Below are positions 12,201-24,900 of a stretch of 64,000 bases of DNA, piece by piece. A model generated the notes under the pieces. That model saw only the letters and a list, made by a program, of their open reading frames with translations. It was not told the origin of the DNA and did no database searches. A program made the position numbers and the translations under genes. Origin of the DNA: Auanema rhodensis (taxonomy: Eukaryota > Animalia > Nematoda). Positions within the stretch are counted from its first letter, which is position 1; every line of letters begins with the position of its first letter. Location of the stretch: contig OZ059897.1 in NCBI GenBank assembly GCA_964057225.1, positions 4,092,001-4,156,000 of the forward strand, given 5' to 3'.

Positions 12201-15086
12201 TTGCGCTAGCTTAAAAATGCACCGAGTAATCAACTGATATAGGTTCACACTTATATCCTCGATTTTCACCCTGAAGAATTAATTTTTTCGTTGAATAACA
12301 TTGTCCATCGTCTTTGCCTTGAAAAAAGAAATCTAAAAACTCCTACTTTTTGTGAAATTATTTAGAAATTTTTCGGGAAAATTTTTGTCACAATGTTTTT
12401 GGAAGCAATGTTGAGTGTACATGGGAACTCAGCATACACTAATGCATTATTTTTCAAACGATCATAACTAATTTTTGTATGGAGCGTTTTTCAATGTAGT
12501 ATAGTGCATTCGATGCGGATTTTTAAGCTGCGTTGATCTGTGTTATCAGATTTGCGCTAGCTTAAAAATGCACCGAGTAATCAACTGATATAGGTTCACA
12601 CTTATATCCTCGATTTTCACCCTGAAGAATTAATTTTTTCGTTGAATAACATTGTCCATCGTCTTTGCCTTGAAAAAAAAAATCTAAAAACTCCTACTTT
12701 TCGTGAAATTATTTAGAAATTTTTCGGGAAAATTTTTGTCACAATGTTTTTGGAAGCAATGTTGAGTGTACATGGGAACTCAGCATACACTAATGCATTA
12801 TTTTTCAAACGATCATAACTAATTTTTGTATAGAGCGTTTCTCAATGTAGTATAGTGCATTCGATGCGGATTTTTAAGCTGCGTCGATCTGTGTTATCAG
12901 ATTTGAGTTAGCTTAAAAATGCACCGAGATATCAACTGATATATGTTCACACTTATATCCTCGATTTTCACCCTGAAGAATTATATTTTTCGTTGAATAA
13001 CATTGTCCATCGTCTTAGCCTTGAAAAAAGGAATCTAAAAACATTTACTTTTTGCGAAATTATTCAGAAATTTTTCGGGAAAATTTTTGTCAAAATGTTT
13101 TTCGAAGCAATGTTGAGTGTACATGGGAACTCAGCATACTCTAATGCATTATTTTTCAAACGATCATAACTAATTTTTGTATAAAGCGTTTCTCAATGTA
13201 GTATAGTGCATTCGATGCGGATTTTTAAGCTGCGTCGATATGTGTTATCAGATTTGAGTTAGCTTAAAAATGCACCGAGATATCAACTGATATATGTTCA
13301 CACTTATATCCTCGATTTTCACCCTGAAGAAATGATTTTTTCGTTGAATAACATTGTCCATCGTCTTCGTCTTGAAAAAAGGAATCTAAAAACATCTACT
13401 TTTTGTGAAATTATTTAGAAATTTTTCGGGAAAATTTTTGTCAAAATGTTTTTGGAAGCAATGTTGAGTGTACATGGGAACTCAACATACACTAATGCAT
13501 TATTTTTCAAACGATCATAACTAATTTTTGTATGGAGCGTTTCTCAATGTAGTATAGTGCATTCGATGCGGATTTTTAAGCTGCGTTGATCTGTGTTATC
13601 AGATTTGCGCTAGCTCAAAAATGCACCGAGTAATCAACTGATATAGGTTCACACTTATATCCTCGATTTTCACCCTGAAGAATTAATTTTTTCGTTGAAT
13701 AACATTGTCCATCGTCTTTGCCTTGAAAAAAAAAATCTAAAAACTCCTACTTTTTGTGAAATTATTTAGAAATTTTTCGGGAAAATTTTTGTCACAATGT
13801 TTTTGGAAGCAATGTTGAGTGTACATGGGAACTCAGCATACACTAATGCATTATTTTTCAAACGATCATAACTAATTTTTGTATAGAGCGTTTCTCAATG
13901 TAGTATAGTGCATTCGATGCGGATTTTTAAGCTGCGTCGATCTGTGTTATCAGATTTGAGTTAGCTTAAAAATGCACCGAGATATCAACTGATATATGTT
14001 CACACTTATATCCTCGATTTTCACCCTGAAGAAATGATTTTTTCGTTGAAAAACATTGTCCATCGTATTCGTCTTGAAAAAAAGAATCTAAAAACATCTA
14101 CTTTTTGTGAAATTATTCAGAAAATGTTCGGGAAAATTTTTGTCAAAATGTTTTTGGAAGCAATGTTGAGTGTACATGGGAACTCAACATACACTAATGC
14201 ATTATTTTTCAAACGATCATAACTAATTTTTGTATGGAGCGTTTCTCAATGTAGTATAGTGCATTCGATGCGGATTTTTAAGCTGCGTTGATCTGTGTTA
14301 TCAGATTTGCGCTAGCTTAAAAATGCACCGAGTAATCAACTGATATAGGTTCACACTTATATCCTCGATTTTCACCCTGAAGAATTAATTTTTTCGTTGA
14401 ATAACATTGTCCATCATCTTTGCCTTGAAAAAAGAAATCTAAAAACTCCTACTTTTTGTGAAATTATTTAGAAATTTTTCGGGAAAATTTTTGTCACAAT
14501 GTTTTTGGAAGCAATGTTGAGTGTACATGGGAACTCAGCATACACTAATGCATTATTTTTCAAACGATCATAACTAATTTTTGTATGGAGCGTTTCTCAA
14601 TGTAGTATAGTGCATTCGATGCGGATTTTTAAGCTGCGTTGATCTGTGTTATCAAATTTGCGCTAGCTTAAAAATGCACCGAGTAATCAACTGATATAGG
14701 TTCACACTTATATCCTCGATTTTCACCCTGAAGAATTAATTTTTTCGTTGAATAACATTGTCCATCGTCTTTGCCTTGAAAAAAGAAATCTAAAAACTCC
14801 TACTTTTCGTGAAATTATTTAGAAATTTTTCGGGAAAATTTTTGTCACAATGTTTTTGGAAGCAATGTTGAGTGTACATGGGAACTCAGCATACACTAAT
14901 GCATTATTTTTCAAACGATCATAACTAATTTTTGTATAGAGCGTTTCTCAATGTAGTATAGTGCATTCGATGCGGATTTTTAAGCTGCGTCGATCTGTGT
15001 TATCAGATTTGAGTTAGCTTGAAAATGCACCGAGATATCAACTGATATATGTTCACACTTATATCCTCGATTTTCACCCTGAAGAA

Positions 15087-15299
15087 ATGATTTTTTCGTT
15101 GAAAAACATTGTCCATCGTATTCGTCTTGAAAAAAGGAATCTAAAAACATCTACTTTTTGTGAAATTATTTAGAAATTTTTCGGGAAAATTTTTGTCACA
15201 ATGTTGATTTGATTTGAAGATTTGAGTTAGCTTAAAAATGCGCCGAGATATCAACTGATATATGTTCACACTTATATCCTCGATTTTCACCCTGAAGAA
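15087..15299. repeat. 213-bp short monomer, type A (gcgcc allele), first occurrence
   Basis: Junction cacaatgtt-gatttgatttga-agatttgag at 15206-15217. The next monomer starts at 15300. Confidence 0.95.
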
Positions 15300-16001
15300 A
15301 TGATTTTTTCGTTGAAAAACATTGTCCATCGTATTCGTCTTGAAAAAAAGAATCTAAAAACATCTACTTTTTGTGAAATTATTCAGAAATTTTTCGGGAA
15401 AATTTTTGTCAAAATGTTTTTGGAAGCAATGTTGAGTGTACATGGGAACTCAACATACACTAATGCATTATTTTTCAAACGATCATAACTAATTTTTGTA
15501 TGGAGCGTTTCTCAATGTAGTATAGTGCATTCGATGCGGATTTTTAAGCTGCGTTGATCTGTGTTATCAGATTTGCGCTAGCTTAAAAATGCACCGAGTA
15601 ATCAACTGATATAGGTTCACACTTATATCCTCGATTTTCACCCTGAAGAATTAATTTTTTCGTTGAATAACATTGTCCATCGTCTTTGCCTTGAGAAAAG
15701 AAATCTAAAAACTCCTACTTTTTGTGAAATTTTTTAGAAATTTTTCGGGAAAATTTTTGTCACAATGTTTTTGGAAGCAATGTTGAGTGTACATGGGAAC
15801 TCAGCATACACTAATGCATTATTTTTCAAACGATCATAACTAATTTTTGTATAGAGCGTTTCTCAATGTAGTATAGTGCATTCGATGCGGATTTTTAAGC
15901 TGCGTCGATCTGTGTTATCAGATTTGAGTTAGCTTAAAAATGCACCGAGATATCAACTGATATATGTTCACACTTATATCCTCGATTTTCACCCTGAAGA
16001 A

Positions 16002-16420
16002 TTATATTTTTCGTTGAATAACATTGTCCATCGTCTTAGCCTTGAAAAAAGGAATCTAAAAACATTTACTTTTTGCGAAATTATTCAGAAATTTTTCGGG
16101 AAAATTTTTTTCGATCTGTGTTATCAGATTTGAGTTAGCTTGAAAATGCACCGAGATATCAACTGATATATGTTCACACTTATATCCTCGATTTTCACCC
16201 TGAAGAAATGATTTTTTCGTTGAAAAACATTGTCCATCGTATTCGTCTTGAAAAAAGGAATCTAAAAACATCTACTTTTTGTGAAATTATTTAGAAATTT
16301 TTCGGGAAAATTTTTGTCACAATGTTGATTTGATTTGAAGATTTGAGTTAGCTTAAAAATGCACCGAGATATCAACTGATATATGTTCACACTTATATCC
16401 TCGATTTTCACCCTGAAGAA
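16002..16420. repeat. 206-bp (type B) + 213-bp (type A, gcacc allele) doublet
   Basis: Junction gggaaaatttttttcgatctg at ~16110. Monomer starts at 16002, 16208 and 16421. Confidence 0.95.
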
Positions 16421-19400
16421 ATGATTTTTTCGTTGAAAAACATTGTCCATCGTATTCGTCTTGAAAAAAAGAATCTAAAAACTCCTACTTTTTGTGAAAT
16501 TATTTAGAAATTTTTCGGGAAAATTTTTGTCACAATGTTTTTGGAAGCAATGTTGAGTGTACATGGGAACTCAGCATACACTAATGCATTATTTTTCAAA
16601 CGATCATAACTAATTTTTGTATGGAGCGTTTTTCAATGTAGTATAGTGCATTCGATGCGGATTTTTAAGCTGCGTTGATCTGTGTTATCAAATTTGCGCT
16701 AGCTTAAAAATGCACCGAGTAATCAACTGATATAGGTTCACACTTATATCCTCGATTTTCACCCTGAAGAATTAATTTTTTCGTTGAATAACATTGTCCA
16801 TCGTCTTTGCCTTGAAAAAAGAAATCTAAAAACTCCTACTTTTCGTGAAATTATTTAGAAATTTTTCGGGAAAATTTTTGTCACAATGTTTTTGGAAGCA
16901 ATGTTGAGTGTACATGGGAACTCAGCATACACTAATGCATTATTTTTCAAACGATCATAACTAATTTTTGTATAGAGCGTTTCTCAATGTAGTATAGTGC
17001 ATTCGATGCGGATTTTTAAGCTGCGTCGATCTGTGTTATCAGATTTGAGTTAGCTTAAAAATGCACCGAGATATCAACTGATATATGTTCACACTTATAT
17101 CCTCGATTTTCACCCTGAAGAAATGATTTTTTCGTTGAATAACATTGTCCATCGTCTTCGTCTTGAAAAAAGGAATCTAAAAACATCTACTTTTTGTGAA
17201 ATTATTTAGAAATTTTTCGGGAAAATTTTTGTCAAAATGTTTTTGGAAGCAATGTTGAGTGTACATGGGAACTCAACATACACTAATGCATTATTTTTCA
17301 TACGATCATAACTAATTTTTGTATTAAGCGTTTTTCAATGTAGTATAGTGCATTCGATGCGGATTTTTAAGCTGCGTTGATCTGTGTTATCAGATTTGAG
17401 TTAACTTAAAAATGCACCGAGATATCAACTGATATATGTTCACACTTATATCCTCGATTTTCACCCTGAAGAAATGATTTTTTTGTTGAAAAACATTGTC
17501 CATCGTATTCGTCTTGAAAAAAGGAATCTAAAAACATCTACTTTTTGTGAAATTATTTAGAAATTTTTCGGGAAAATTTTTGTCAAAATGTTTTTGGAAG
17601 CAATGTTGAGTGTACATGGGAACTCAGCATACACTAATGCATTATTTTTCAAACGATCATAACTAATTTTTGTATAGAGCGTTTCTCAATGTAGTATAGT
17701 TCATTCGATGCGGATTTTTAAGCTGCGTCGATCTGTGTTATCAGATTTGAGTTAGCTTAAAAATGCACCGAGATATCAACTGATATATGTTCACACTTAT
17801 ATCCTCGATTTTCACCCTGAAGAAATGATTTTTTCGTTAACAAACATTGTCTATCGTATTCGTCTTGAAAAAAGGAATCTAAAAACATCTACTTTTTGTG
17901 AAATTATTTAGAAATTTTTCGGGAAAATTTTTGTCAAAATGTTTTTGGAAGCAATGTTGAGTGTACATGGGAACTCAACATACACTAATGCATTATTTTT
18001 CAAACGATCATAACTAATTTTTGTATAGAGCGTTTCTCAATGTAGTATAGTGCATTCGATGCGGATTTTTAAGCTGCGTCGATCTGTGTTATCAGATTTG
18101 CGCTAGCTTAAAAATGCACCGAGTAATCAACTGATATAGGTTCACACTTATATCCTCGATTTTCACCCTGAAGAATTAATTTTTTCGTTGAATAACATTG
18201 TCCATCGTCTTTGCCTTGAAAAAAGAAATCTAAAAACTCCTACTTTTTGTGAAATTATTTAGAAATTTTTCGGGAAAATTTTTGTCACAATGTTTTTGGA
18301 AGCAATGTTGAGTGTACATGGGAACTCAACATACACTAATGCATTATTTTTCAAACGATCATAACTAATTTTTGTATGGAGCGTTTCTCAATGTAGTATA
18401 GTGTATTCGATGCGGATTTTTAAGCTGCGTTGATCTGTGTTATCAGATTTGCGCTAGCTCAAAAATGCACCGAGTAATCAACTGATATAGGTTCACACTT
18501 ATATCCTCGATTTTCACCCTGAAGAATTAATTTTTTCGTTGAATAACATTGTCCATCGTCTTTGCCTTGAAAAAAAAAATCTAAAAACTCCTACTTTTTG
18601 TAAAATTATTTAGAAATTTTTCGGGAAAATTTTTGTCACAATGTTTTTGGAAGCAATGTTGAGTGTACATGGGAACTCAGCATACACTAATGCATTATTT
18701 TTCAAACGATCATAACTAATTTTTGTATAGAGCGTTTCTCAATGTAGTATAGTGCATTCGATGCGGATTTTTAAGCTGCGTCGATCTGTGTTATCAGATT
18801 TGAGTTAGCTTAAAAATGCACCGAGATATCAACTGATATATGTTCACACTTATATCCTCGATTTTCACCCTGAAGAAATGATTTTTTCGTTGAAAAACAT
18901 TGTCCATCGTATTCGTCTTGAAAAAAAGAATCTAAAAACATCTACTTTTTGTGAAATTATTCAGAAAATTTTCGGGAAAATTTTTGTCAAAATGTTTTTG
19001 GAAGCAATGTTGAGTGTACATGGGAACTCAACATACACTAATGCATTATTTTTCAAACGATCATAACTAATTTTTGTATGGAGCGTTTCTCAATGTAGTA
19101 TAGTGCATTCGATGCGGATTTTTAAGCTGCGTTGATCTGTGTTATCAAATTTGCGCTAGCTTAAAAATGCACCGAGTAATCAACTGATATAGGTTCACAC
19201 TTATATCCTCGATTTTCACCCTGAAGAATTAATTTTTTCGTTGAATAACATTGTCCATCGTCTTTGCCTTGAAAAAAGAAATCTAAAAACTCCTACTTTT
19301 CGTGAAATTATTTAGAAATTTTTCGGGAAAATTTTTGTCACAATGTTTTTGGAAGCAATGTTGAGTGTACATGGGAACTCAGCATACACTAATGCATTAT

Positions 19401-20632
19401 TTTTCAAACGATCATAACTAATTTTTGTATAGAGCGTTTCTCAATGTAGTATAGTGCATTCGATGCGGATTTTTAAGCTGCGTCGATCTGTGTTATCAGA
19501 TTTGAGTTAGCTTAAAAATGCACCGAGATATCAACTGATATATGTTCACACTTATATCCTCGATTTTCACCCTGAAGAAATGATTTTTTCGTTGAAAAAC
19601 ATTGTCCATCGTATTCGTCTTGAAAAAAAGAATCTAAAAACATCTACTTTTTGTGAAATTATTCAGAAAATTTTCGGGAAAATTTTTGTCAAAATGTTTT
19701 TGGAAGCAATGTTGAGTGTACATGGGAACTCAACATACACTAATGCATTATTTTTCAAACGATCATAACTAATTTTTGTATGGAGCGTTTCTCAATGTAG
19801 TATAGTGCATTCGATGCGGATTTTTAAGCTGCGTTGATCTGTGTTATCAGATTTGCGCTAGCTTAAAAATGCACCGAGTAATCAACTGATATAGGTTCAC
19901 ACTTATATCCTCGATTTTCACCCTGAAGAATTAATTTTTTCGTTGAATAACATTGTCCATCATCTTTGCCTTGAAAAAAGAAATCTAAAAACTCCTACTT
20001 TTTGTGAAATTATTTAGAAATTTTTCGGGAAAATTTTTGTCACAATGTTTTTGGAAGCAATGTTGAGTGTACATGGGAACTCAGCATACACTAATGCATT
20101 ATTTTTCAAACGATCATAACTAATTTTTGTATGGAGCGTTTTTCAATGTAGTATAGTGCATTCGATGCGGATTTTTAAGCTGCGTTGATCTGTGTTATCA
20201 AATTTGCGCTAGCTTAAAAATGCACCGAGTAATCAACTGATATAGGTTCACACTTATATCCTCGATTTTCACCCTGAAGAATTAATTTTTTCGTTGAATA
20301 ACATTGTCCATCGTCTTTGCCTTGAAAAAAGAAATCTAAAAACTCCTACTTTTCGTGAAATTATTTAGAAATTTTTCGGGAAAATTTTTGTCACAATGTT
20401 TTTGGAAGCAATGTTGAGTGTACATGGGAACTCAGCATACACTAATGCATTATTTTTCAAACGATCATAACTAATTTTTGTATAGAGCGTTTCTCAATGT
20501 AGTATAGTGCATTCGATGCGGATTTTTAAGCTGCGTCGATCTGTGTTATCAGATTTGAGTTAGCTTGAAAATGCACCGAGATATCAACTGATATATGTTC
20601 ACACTTATATCCTCGATTTTCACCCTGAAGAA

Positions 20633-20845
20633 ATGATTTTTTCGTTGAAAAACATTGTCCATCGTATTCGTCTTGAAAAAAGGAATCTAAAAACATCTAC
20701 TTTTTGTGAAATTATTTAGAAATTTTTCGGGAAAATTTTTGTCACAATGTTGATTTGATTTGAAGATTTGAGTTAGCTTAAAAATGCGCCGAGATATCAA
20801 CTGATATATGTTCACACTTATATCCTCGATTTTCACCCTGAAGAA
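20633..20845. repeat. 213-bp type A monomer (gcgcc)
   Basis: Same gatttgatttga junction. Confidence 0.95.
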
Positions 20846-21547
20846 ATGATTTTTTCGTTGAAAAACATTGTCCATCGTATTCGTCTTGAAAAAAAGAATC
20901 TAAAAACATCTACTTTTTGTGAAATTATTCAGAAATTTTTCGGGAAAATTTTTGTCAAAATGTTTTTGGAAGCAATGTTGAGTGTACATGGGAACTCAAC
21001 ATACACTAATGCATTATTTTTCAAACGATCATAACTAATTTTTGTATGGAGCGTTTCTCAATGTAGTATAGTGCATTCGATGCGGATTTTCAAGCTGCGT
21101 TGATCTGTGTTATCAGATTTGCGCTAGCTTAAAAATGCACCGAGTAATCAACTGATATAGGTTCACACTTATATCCTCGATTTTCACCCTGAAGAATTAA
21201 TTTTTTCGTTGAATAACATTGTCCATCGTCTTTGCCTTGAGAAAAGAAATCTAAAAACTCCTACTTTTTGTGAAATTTTTTAGAAATTTTTCGGGAAAAT
21301 TTTTGTCACAATGTTTTTGGAAGCAATGTTGAGTGTACATGGGAACTCAGCATACACTAATGCATTATTTTTCAAACGATCATAACTAATTTTTGTATAG
21401 AGCGTTTCTCAATGTAGTATAGTGCATTCGATGCGGATTTTTAAGCTGCGTCGATCTGTGTTATCAGATTTGAGTTAGCTTAAAAATGCACCGAGATATC
21501 AACTGATATATGTTCACACTTATATCCTCGATTTTCACCCTGAAGAA

Positions 21548-21966
21548 TTATATTTTTCGTTGAATAACATTGTCCATCGTCTTAGCCTTGAAAAAAGGAA
21601 TCTAAAAACATTTACTTTTTGCGAAATTATTCAGAAATTTTTCGGGAAAATTTTTTTCGATCTGTGTTATCAGATTTGAGTTAGCTTGAAAATGCACCGA
21701 GATATCAACTGATATATGTTCACACTTATATCCTCGATTTTCACCCTGAAGAAATGATTTTTTCGTTGAAAAACATTGTCCATCGTATTCGTCTTGAAAA
21801 AAGGAATCTAAAAACATCTACTTTTTGTGAAATTATTTAGAAATTTTTCGGGAAAATTTTTGTCACAATGTTGATTTGATTTGAAGATTTGAGTTAGCTT
21901 AAAAATGCACCGAGATATCAACTGATATATGTTCACACTTATATCCTCGATTTTCACCCTGAAGAA
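21548..21966. repeat. 206+213 doublet
   Basis: Same two junctions as 16002-16420. Confidence 0.95.
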
Positions 21967-24900
21967 ATGATTTTTTCGTTGAAAAACATTGTCCATCGTA
22001 TTCGTCTTGAAAAAAAGAATCTAAAAACATCTACTTTTTGTGAAATTATTCAGAAATTTTTCGGGAAAATTTTTGTCAAAATGTTTTTGGAAGCAATGTT
22101 GAGTGTACATGGGAACTCAACATACACTAATGCATTATTTTTCAAACGATCATAACTAATTTTTGTATGGAGCGTTTCTCAATGTAGTATAGTGCATTCG
22201 ATGCGGATTTTTAAGCTGCGTTGATCTGTGTTATCAGATTTGCGCTAGCTTAAAAATGCACCGAGTAATCAACTGATATAGGTTCACACTTATATCCTCG
22301 ATTTTCACCCTGAAGAATTAATTTTTTCGTTGAATAACATTGTCCATCGTCTTTGCCTTGAGAAAAGAAATCTAAAAACTCCTACTTTTTGTGAAATTTT
22401 TTAGAAATTTTTCGGGAAAATTTTTGTCACAATGTTTTTGGAAGCAATGTTGAGTGTACATGGGAACTCAGCATACACTAATGCATTATTTTTCAAACGA
22501 TCATAACTAATTTTTGTATAGAGCGTTTCTCAATGTAGTATAGTGCATTCGATGCGGATTTTTAAGCTGCGTCGATCTGTGTTATCAGATTTGAGTTAGC
22601 TTAAAAATGCACCGAGATATCAACTGATATATGTTCACACTTATATCCTCGATTTTCACCCTGAAGAATTATATTTTTCGTTGAATAGCATTGTCCATCG
22701 TCTTAGCCTTGAAAAAAGGAATCTAAAAACATTTACTTTTTGCGAAATTATTCAGAAATTTTTCGGGAAAATTTTTGTCAAAATGTTTTTCGAAGCAATG
22801 TTGAGTGTACATGGGAACTCAGCATACACTAATGCATTATTTTTCAAACGATCATAACTTATTTTTGTATAAAGCGTTTCTCAATGTAGTATAGTGCATT
22901 CGATGCGGATTTTTAAGCTGCGTCGATATGTGTTATCAGATTTGAGTTAGCTTAAAAATGCACCGAGATATCAACTGATATATGTTCACACTTATATCCT
23001 CGATTTTCACCCTGAAGAAATGATTTTTTCGTTGAATAACATTGTCCATCGTCTTCGTCTTGAAAAAAGGAATCTAAAAACATCTACTTTTTGTGAAATT
23101 ATTTAGAAATTTTTCGGGAAAATTTTTGTCAAAATGTTTTTGGAAGCAATGTTGAGTGTACATGGGAACTCAACATACACTAATGCATTATTTTTCATAC
23201 GATCATAACTAATTTTTGTATAAAGCGTTTCTCAATGTAGTATAGTGCATTCGATGCGGATTTTTAAGCTGCGTTGATCTGTGTTATCAGATTTGAGTTA
23301 ACTTAAAAATGCACCGAGATATCAACTGATATATGTTCACACTTATATCCTCGATTTTCACCCTGAAGAAATGATTTTTTTGTTGAAAAACATTGTCCAT
23401 CGTATTCGTCTTGAAAAAAGGAATCTAAAAACATCTACTTTTTGTGAAATTATTTAGAAATTTTTCGGGAAAATTTTTGTCAAAATGTTTTTGGAAGCAA
23501 TGTTGAGTGTACATGGGAACTCAGCATACACTAATGCATTATTTTTCAAACGATCATAACTAATTTTTGTATAGAGCGTTTCTCAATGTAGTATAGTTCA
23601 TTCGATGCGGATTTTTAAGCTGCGTCGATCTGTGTTATCAGATTTGAGTTAGCTTAAAAATGCACCGAGATATCAACTGATATATGTTCACACTTATATC
23701 CTCGATTTTCACCCTGAAGAAATGATTTTTTCGTTAACAAACATTGTCTATCGTATTCGTCTTGAAAAAAGGAATCTAAAAACATCTACTTTTTGTGAAA
23801 TTATTTAGAAATTTTTCGGGAAAATTTTTGTCAAAATGTTTTTGGAAGCAATGTTGAGTGTACATGGGAACTCAACATACACTAATGCATTATTTTTCAA
23901 ACGATCATAACTAATTTTTGTATGGAGCGTTTCTCAATGTAGTATAGTGCATTCGATGCGGATTTTTAAGCTGCGTTGATCTGTGTTATCAGATTTGAGT
24001 TAGCTTGAAAATGCACCGAGATATCAACTGATATATGTTCACACTTATATCCTCGATTTTCACCCTGAAGAATTAATTTTTTCGTTGAATAACATTGTCC
24101 ATCGTCTTTGCCTTGAAAAAAGAAATCTAAAAACTCCTACTTTTTGTGAAATTATTCAGAAATTTTTCGGGAAAATTTTTGTCACAATGTTTTTGGAAGC
24201 AATGTTGAGTGTACATGGGAACTCAGCATACACTAATGCATTATTTTTCAAACGATCATAACTAATTTTTGTATAGAGCGTTTCTCAATGTAGTATAGTG
24301 CATTCGATGCGGATTTTTAAGCTGCGTCGATCTGTGTTATCAGATTTGAGTTAGCTTAAAAATGCACCGAGATATCAACTGATATATGTTCACACTTATA
24401 TCCTCGATTTTCACCCTGAAGAATTATATTTTTCGTTGAATAGCATTGTCCATCGTCTTAGCCTTGAAAAAAGGAATCTAAAAACATTTACTTTTTGCGA
24501 AATTATTCAGAAATTTTTCGGGAAAATTTTTGTCAAAATGTTTTTCGAAGCAATGTTGAGTGTACATGGGAACTCAGCATACACTAATGCATTATTTTTC
24601 AAACGATCATAACTAATTTTTGTATAAAGCGTTTCTCAATGTAGTATAGTGCATTCGATGCGGATTTTTAAGCTGCGTCGATCTGTGTTATCAGATTTGA
24701 GTTAGCTTAAAAATGCACCGAGATATCAACTGATATATGTTCACACTTATATCCTCGATTTTCACCCTGAAGAAATGATTTTTTCGTTAACAAACATTGT
24801 CTATCGTATTTGTCTTGAAAAAAGGAATCTAAAAACATCTACTTTTTGTGAAATTATTTAGAAATTTTTCGGGAAAATTTTTGTCAAAATGTTTTTGGAA

